This document shows, one piece after another, positions 61,001-64,000 of a DNA stretch of 64,000 bases. The stretch covers positions 37,417 through 101,416 of the IMG/VR virus record IMGVR_UViG_3300032291_001290; one strand, 5' to 3'. The position numbers were made by a program, and so were the translations under genes. This DNA is from a virus. The stretch's first letter is position 1. Every line of letters begins with the position of its first letter. The notes beneath the pieces were generated by a model. The model made no database searches. It was not told where the DNA came from and saw nothing but the letters and a program-made list of their open reading frames with translations.

Positions 61001-61563
61001 CAAACCAAAATGTCTTCCACAGAGCAAAGCACACAGTTTAGGTAAAAAGGGTCGTGCAAGTGCAGCCCAACGCAAACGTAGAGAAGATCCTAATCCTGAT
61101 CGTAGTGGTAAAGCTATCAATGTTAACACTAAGAAAAAGTCAAATGAAGGTGTGGCGGAAGATTCTAGTAACAATATCCCAACTATTGGGATCAATGTAA
61201 GAAGTGACGGTGACATTGATTATGCTAGTTTGATAGTTGACGGGAAAAAGAAATACGAATCTAGAAAAACTGACAGTCTTAGACCATACGTGGGTAAAAC
61301 AGTTGGAATTGTTAGAACTGGCAATGGCCCTGCAGTTGCGATTGGACAAGTGACTATAGGTGAACCCATAGTAGTAGATGCAGAAAAGTTCAATAGACTT
61401 AGAAAACAACATCTAGTCCCACAAGGTAGTAAATTCGATATTGATAGTGATGGTACAAAATATCTGTATCCAATGATTAATCCAGTACGCTGGGATAATG
61501 AAAAACCAATAAAAAGTAAGGGTATCGTTTCTAGAAAAATGCAAGAGCAAGGTGTGGCGGAAG
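57747..61563 (+). repeat. Dispersed in-frame direct repeat GTGTGGCGGAAG (x7 exact; consensus CAAGGTGTGGCGGAAG, QGVAE)
   Basis: Exact at 57747, 59224, 60022, 60487, 60685, 61150, 61552; variants at 57933 (GTGTAGCGGAAG), 58918 (GCATGGCGGAAG), 53312 (GCATGTCGGAAG). Confidence 0.95.
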
Positions 61564-61790
61564 AATTTGAATTAGCAGGTGTAGGTGTAGCATACGAACT
61601 AGGTCGCAAAGCATATAAGCAAGGTATGACAATCAGAGACAATCCTTATAGTGCTACAAAAGAAGCACGTAAGTATGATGAATGGGAAAAAGGTCTAGAA
61701 CGTGGCAAACACGATGCAAATGATGCTAGACAATTCCGTAACAGTATAAAAGAAACTAAGAGTAACATTCTAAAAGGTTTAATGGGATGA
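58089..61790 (+). CDS. 1233-aa modular polyprotein (ART-like, ASCH, RMF-like, Cys-rich and other modules)
   Basis: Unrelated domains separated by QGVAE-type repeats and [LVI]xE sites. Confidence 0.75.
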   Translation: MSNILKGLLNEANPYRISEPEREYGAPFQSRPRMGPQEPEDVPDDLPPQDPFKQDPAKLAKVEYSKDEGEAPNGKRYNTVMSISGPSNAVRNEVEMFNKHHWGAKKIVDMKTIEAKTPNGPAQYTVYIVDNHKYGMWTPFKGEKPVGEPLVFKESQNGISASDLADILYNRLEMRYPDIVSRYGHEVVGDTIMDVADFHAGSEELGTSDVSIMIRQILKKLENYNVDESKEQDYGPEYQAMVNRVGQLAKQGERKTVYDPVKRVYKTVPVNPPKQQGMAEGSNDDNFTINDIHQLEQIKDFETLKARAKYLIKGKPARRMKPEKIAYFYDRVDTLTSPIKVIKMMYDLLLAGEGMKTIGSQNSTNPNAYQKRFTEEEQGVAEARTDKNLTEPTSYIQVKQLIDKMDKGGKNRIAKALRKNLGITTQDQLDEKWSQKYKSSINCSHPKGFSQKAHCAGKKKHNESIEMEMVCEDCGMCETHADHQNLDEACWKGYHKEGNKKMFGKTYPNCVKNEDIEEDNSRIARKPGQPANSKKHSDLYTDENPKGTITGLKFATAEDARASVSKIRNSSRSHAHKIQAAVAMEQRAKAAGKSEAASVYRKYINATKKTDEGMDLEEACWDTHKQVGMKNKGGKQVPNCVPKESVAEGKVINTYLWHGSRQKIPMLEPRQSVDTGGAAGSNQNAIYATSDPKVAIAVGGLTTPDSDTAMFPNDPQMVLFSGKIRKGENVYLHKLPFYGTDGKPQFVQGAHDREFYSMPGVKGIKPVEIKAVPVNKYLNLIRKATPADLKLRKKYMKQQGVAEGSDSNLSYQGNCTEDDVIEHIFGDVNNFANMVEEHGDEFTVGDLVVKYDPETDVHSFYYKKQGVAEEQHSCPHCGGEMVSEELMNEKKDACYYKVKSRYKVWPSAYASGALVKCRKKGAANWGNSTKNEDSMDQVDESLHDWFNKEKWVRMDTKGNIKGPCAREPGEGKPKCLPQSKAHSLGKKGRASAAQRKRREDPNPDRSGKAINVNTKKKSNEGVAEDSSNNIPTIGINVRSDGDIDYASLIVDGKKKYESRKTDSLRPYVGKTVGIVRTGNGPAVAIGQVTIGEPIVVDAEKFNRLRKQHLVPQGSKFDIDSDGTKYLYPMINPVRWDNEKPIKSKGIVSRKMQEQGVAEEFELAGVGVAYELGRKAYKQGMTIRDNPYSATKEARKYDEWEKGLERGKHDANDARQFRNSIKETKSNILKGLMG

Positions 61791-61848
61791 CTGATCAAGT
61801 ATTCGAATTCTATTGGGCCTTTAAAGGAAACCCCCGTCTAGGATAATA

Positions 61849-62298
61849 ATGGCTCTTTCTTGGCGGGATCAGCAAAAAACATTTTTTGCTAACAACAATA
61901 TAGAATTTGAACAAGACCAAAGAATTATTGATTGGTTAGATACCTCTAAAAAAACATGGGTATATGGAGAAACGTATTTCAATAATAAAGTTCAATTAAC
62001 TAATGATATTTCTACTGCTGAACAAGCATTATTGTTTATAAAAACCAGTAAAAGTATAGGTGTAGTTGAACACTTATGTAAACTGTTGATAAATGTTCCT
62101 AAAGTTTGCATTGCTATAAACAAATTTGTTATCTACACAAACGAATTATCTGATGTTAATGATGATTATGATATTGCATTATTATACTTTATCCAATCAA
62201 TATTTGTAAATCGAAAAATTGACTACCACTATATACCTAACGTTAACGGTAGTTACTTCAATTTTGCCAGCCCCACTACTCAGTTTTTCATAACATGA
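61849..62298 (+). CDS. Hypothetical protein
   Basis: 149-aa ORF with AGGA RBS. Confidence 0.65.
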   Translation: MALSWRDQQKTFFANNNIEFEQDQRIIDWLDTSKKTWVYGETYFNNKVQLTNDISTAEQALLFIKTSKSIGVVEHLCKLLINVPKVCIAINKFVIYTNELSDVNDDYDIALLYFIQSIFVNRKIDYHYIPNVNGSYFNFASPTTQFFIT

Positions 62299-62885
62299 AT
62301 ACAGTGAAATCTTATTATGATGCAAATGTTGTAAACAGGGTGCGTGTTCAATACGCTATGTATAAAGTAGGGCACCCGTTATTTGCAAAATGGATGCGAC
62401 AAAAACATAAAAAAATACAAAAGGATCTACCAGATAGTTTGATATTGGATCTAATTGAAAATAAAAAAAGTATGTGGATAGATTCTTTTGGATATTGTTT
62501 TAATACCTATAATCCAGATATCATCTCAATTGAAGAAATCAGTATAGTAAATCTCTTAAAAGGAATTCCAAATACTTATTTTAGACATAATTTGCATGAT
62601 TTAAGAATCCATGAAGAATTGTTGAAAACTGTTCAACCTGAAATAGTAGTATATTTTAAATCACAAATTTTTAAATATTTGACAGTTCCTGAACTAATTA
62701 ACAAGATAGTTGAACTTAAAGATATCTATACTGAGCAAGTACTTTGCATTTATTTGGATCTACAATTTATTGATTTTAATAAACTAAAATATCCAATCAC
62801 ACACATTATTGATCAAATCCAGCAAAGTTTTCCTAATGCAACTCTAAAACGTTTAGCTTTAACTGGGTTATTGATAAATATATAA
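62295..62885 (+). CDS. Hypothetical protein
   Basis: 196-aa ORF, ATGA overlap. Confidence 0.65.
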   Translation: MNTVKSYYDANVVNRVRVQYAMYKVGHPLFAKWMRQKHKKIQKDLPDSLILDLIENKKSMWIDSFGYCFNTYNPDIISIEEISIVNLLKGIPNTYFRHNLHDLRIHEELLKTVQPEIVVYFKSQIFKYLTVPELINKIVELKDIYTEQVLCIYLDLQFIDFNKLKYPITHIIDQIQQSFPNATLKRLALTGLLINI

Positions 62886-62902
62886 TAATCACAGGAACTA
62901 CC

Positions 62903-63343
62903 ATGTTATCAGATAATTTAAAAGTACTATTAGCTAGTACACAATCTTTTGCAATCAAATCGCAAAACTTTCACTGGAATATTGAAGGTAGTAACTTCCC
63001 ACAATATCACGAATTCTTTAATACATTATATGAAGATGTAAATGCTACAATTGATCCAATCGCTGAGTATATTAGAATCTTAGGTTCTTATACTCCAGGA
63101 AGTTTAACAAGATATGCAGAACTATCAATTATTCAAGACCAAATTAAAATTCCACGTGCCCAACTAATGTTTGCTGAATCACTTAAAGATTGCGAAATGA
63201 TGAGTGAATTAGTTGTTGCTATGTTTGATGAAGCAACCGAAGAACGTCAACAAGGCATTGCTAATTACATGGCTGAACTACAAGACCTATATGGCAAGAA
63301 AGCATGGTTCATTCGTTCCACTCTTAAGACAGAACGTGAGTAA
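62903..63343 (+). CDS. dps: Dps/ferritin-like DNA protection protein
   Basis: KSQNFHWNIEG..F..YH.FF..LY...ID.IAE.IR.LG, K.AW Dps signatures. Confidence 0.9.
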   Translation: MLSDNLKVLLASTQSFAIKSQNFHWNIEGSNFPQYHEFFNTLYEDVNATIDPIAEYIRILGSYTPGSLTRYAELSIIQDQIKIPRAQLMFAESLKDCEMMSELVVAMFDEATEERQQGIANYMAELQDLYGKKAWFIRSTLKTERE

Positions 63344-64000
63344 TGAGAGCAATTGAGTTTATTACAGAAGTTTTTGAGCCCGGTAAAACTAACTGGAAGT
63401 GGCGTCACCGCGGCAGTGAAGAAGCTACTGCTGAATTTACCGTAGGTGATAGAACATATCAATGGCATGCATACTCATACGTTCGTGCAGGCAATCCTAC
63501 TAAGTGGGAAATGCAATTTCGTTTAATTAGAACTCCAAATGACCCTGATGATTTAGACTTGTTTGGTACTACTGGCACAGGCAATGCGGCAGAAGTATTA
63601 TCAACAGCAGTTGATATCACCCGCGCATTCTTACAAGAGTATGGACTTGATAAAGTAGAAGAAATTACATTTAATGCAAAAGAAAACAGTCGCATAGCAT
63701 TGTATGCTAAGATGATTAAGCGTTTATTACCTGATTGGGATTTATATCAAAAATATAGTATAGATAACGGCATGGAGTATCACTTAACTGACCGTAGAGC
63801 ATACGACAAGCCTGAAAATAAAATTGCAGAAGAAATTACCGATGAGATGGCTCTCAAACAATTCACTCCAATGGGTGACTTTAACAAACCAGGGCCATTC
63901 AGAGGGGTTGACAAACGTTTAATTCCCCATCCGACTAATCAACTAAAGACACAACGGTTCTTTGAAAAAACTCCCTACGATTTTAGATTGTTCTTTAGTA
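63343..64000 (+). CDS. Modular internal-head-like protein, 3' truncated (not in ORF track)
   Basis: MRAIEFITE...TGTGNAAEVLST...ITFNAKENSRIALY...KIAEE...; open to window end; TAATG coupling with dps. Confidence 0.75.
   Translation, partial: MRAIEFITEVFEPGKTNWKWRHRGSEEATAEFTVGDRTYQWHAYSYVRAGNPTKWEMQFRLIRTPNDPDDLDLFGTTGTGNAAEVLSTAVDITRAFLQEYGLDKVEEITFNAKENSRIALYAKMIKRLLPDWDLYQKYSIDNGMEYHLTDRRAYDKPENKIAEEITDEMALKQFTPMGDFNKPGPFRGVDKRLIPHPTNQLKTQRFFEKTPYDFRLFFS

Noticed and set aside
57747-61563. GTGTGGCGGAAG repeats as a CRISPR array or tandem repeat
   Set aside because: The repeat is only 12-16 nt, spacing is irregular and long (about 190 to 990 nt), all copies lie inside open reading frames, and no cas genes are present
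273-63695. Numerous short antisense or alternate-frame ORFs in the track (e.g. 8172-8630, 16559-17098, 30553-31041, 53682-54137)
   Set aside because: They are shadows of long, motif-bearing genes on the opposite strand or frame, with no independent RBS or motif support
1-64000. Stop-codon reassignment
   Set aside because: Standard-code ORFs tile the window densely, and TAA, TGA and TAG all end genes at sensible positions

Overview
This is a dense, AT-rich, mostly + strand 64-kb segment of a large T4-like (myovirus) jumbo phage. The host is probably a proteobacterium, since the IscA homologue looks betaproteobacterial. The window holds neck, tail and baseplate genes (gp13/14/15/18/19/4-like, fibres, GH19 lysin) and replication genes (gp41/DnaB helicase C-terminus, RFC-type clamp loader, a stand-alone DnaE fragment, exonuclease, dNMP kinase). 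It also has host-type stress genes (IscA, MazG, GroES, YccA/BI-1, PhoH, DnaJ, ClpA, Dps) and a recurring late-promoter motif (GA)TAAATA. The most striking unexplained structure lies at about 50-64 kb: large modular proteins with N-termini resembling the T4 capsid-targeting sequence. Their unrelated domains (ADP-ribosyltransferase-like, ASCH, RMF-like, GNAT-like, nucleotidyltransferases) are joined at [VLI]-x-E sites. In the last two complete such ORFs the joints are a nucleotide-identical in-frame 12-mer, GTGTGGCGGAAG (7 exact copies plus 3 variants, using rare codons). I infer a cassette-shuffled, prohead-protease-processed, virion-packaged effector polyprotein system. Other findings are hairpins that bury start sites and contain promoters, probable leaderless late mRNAs, and a three-hairpin 5' leader RNA. 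All family assignments come from motif recognition by eye; no searches were run.
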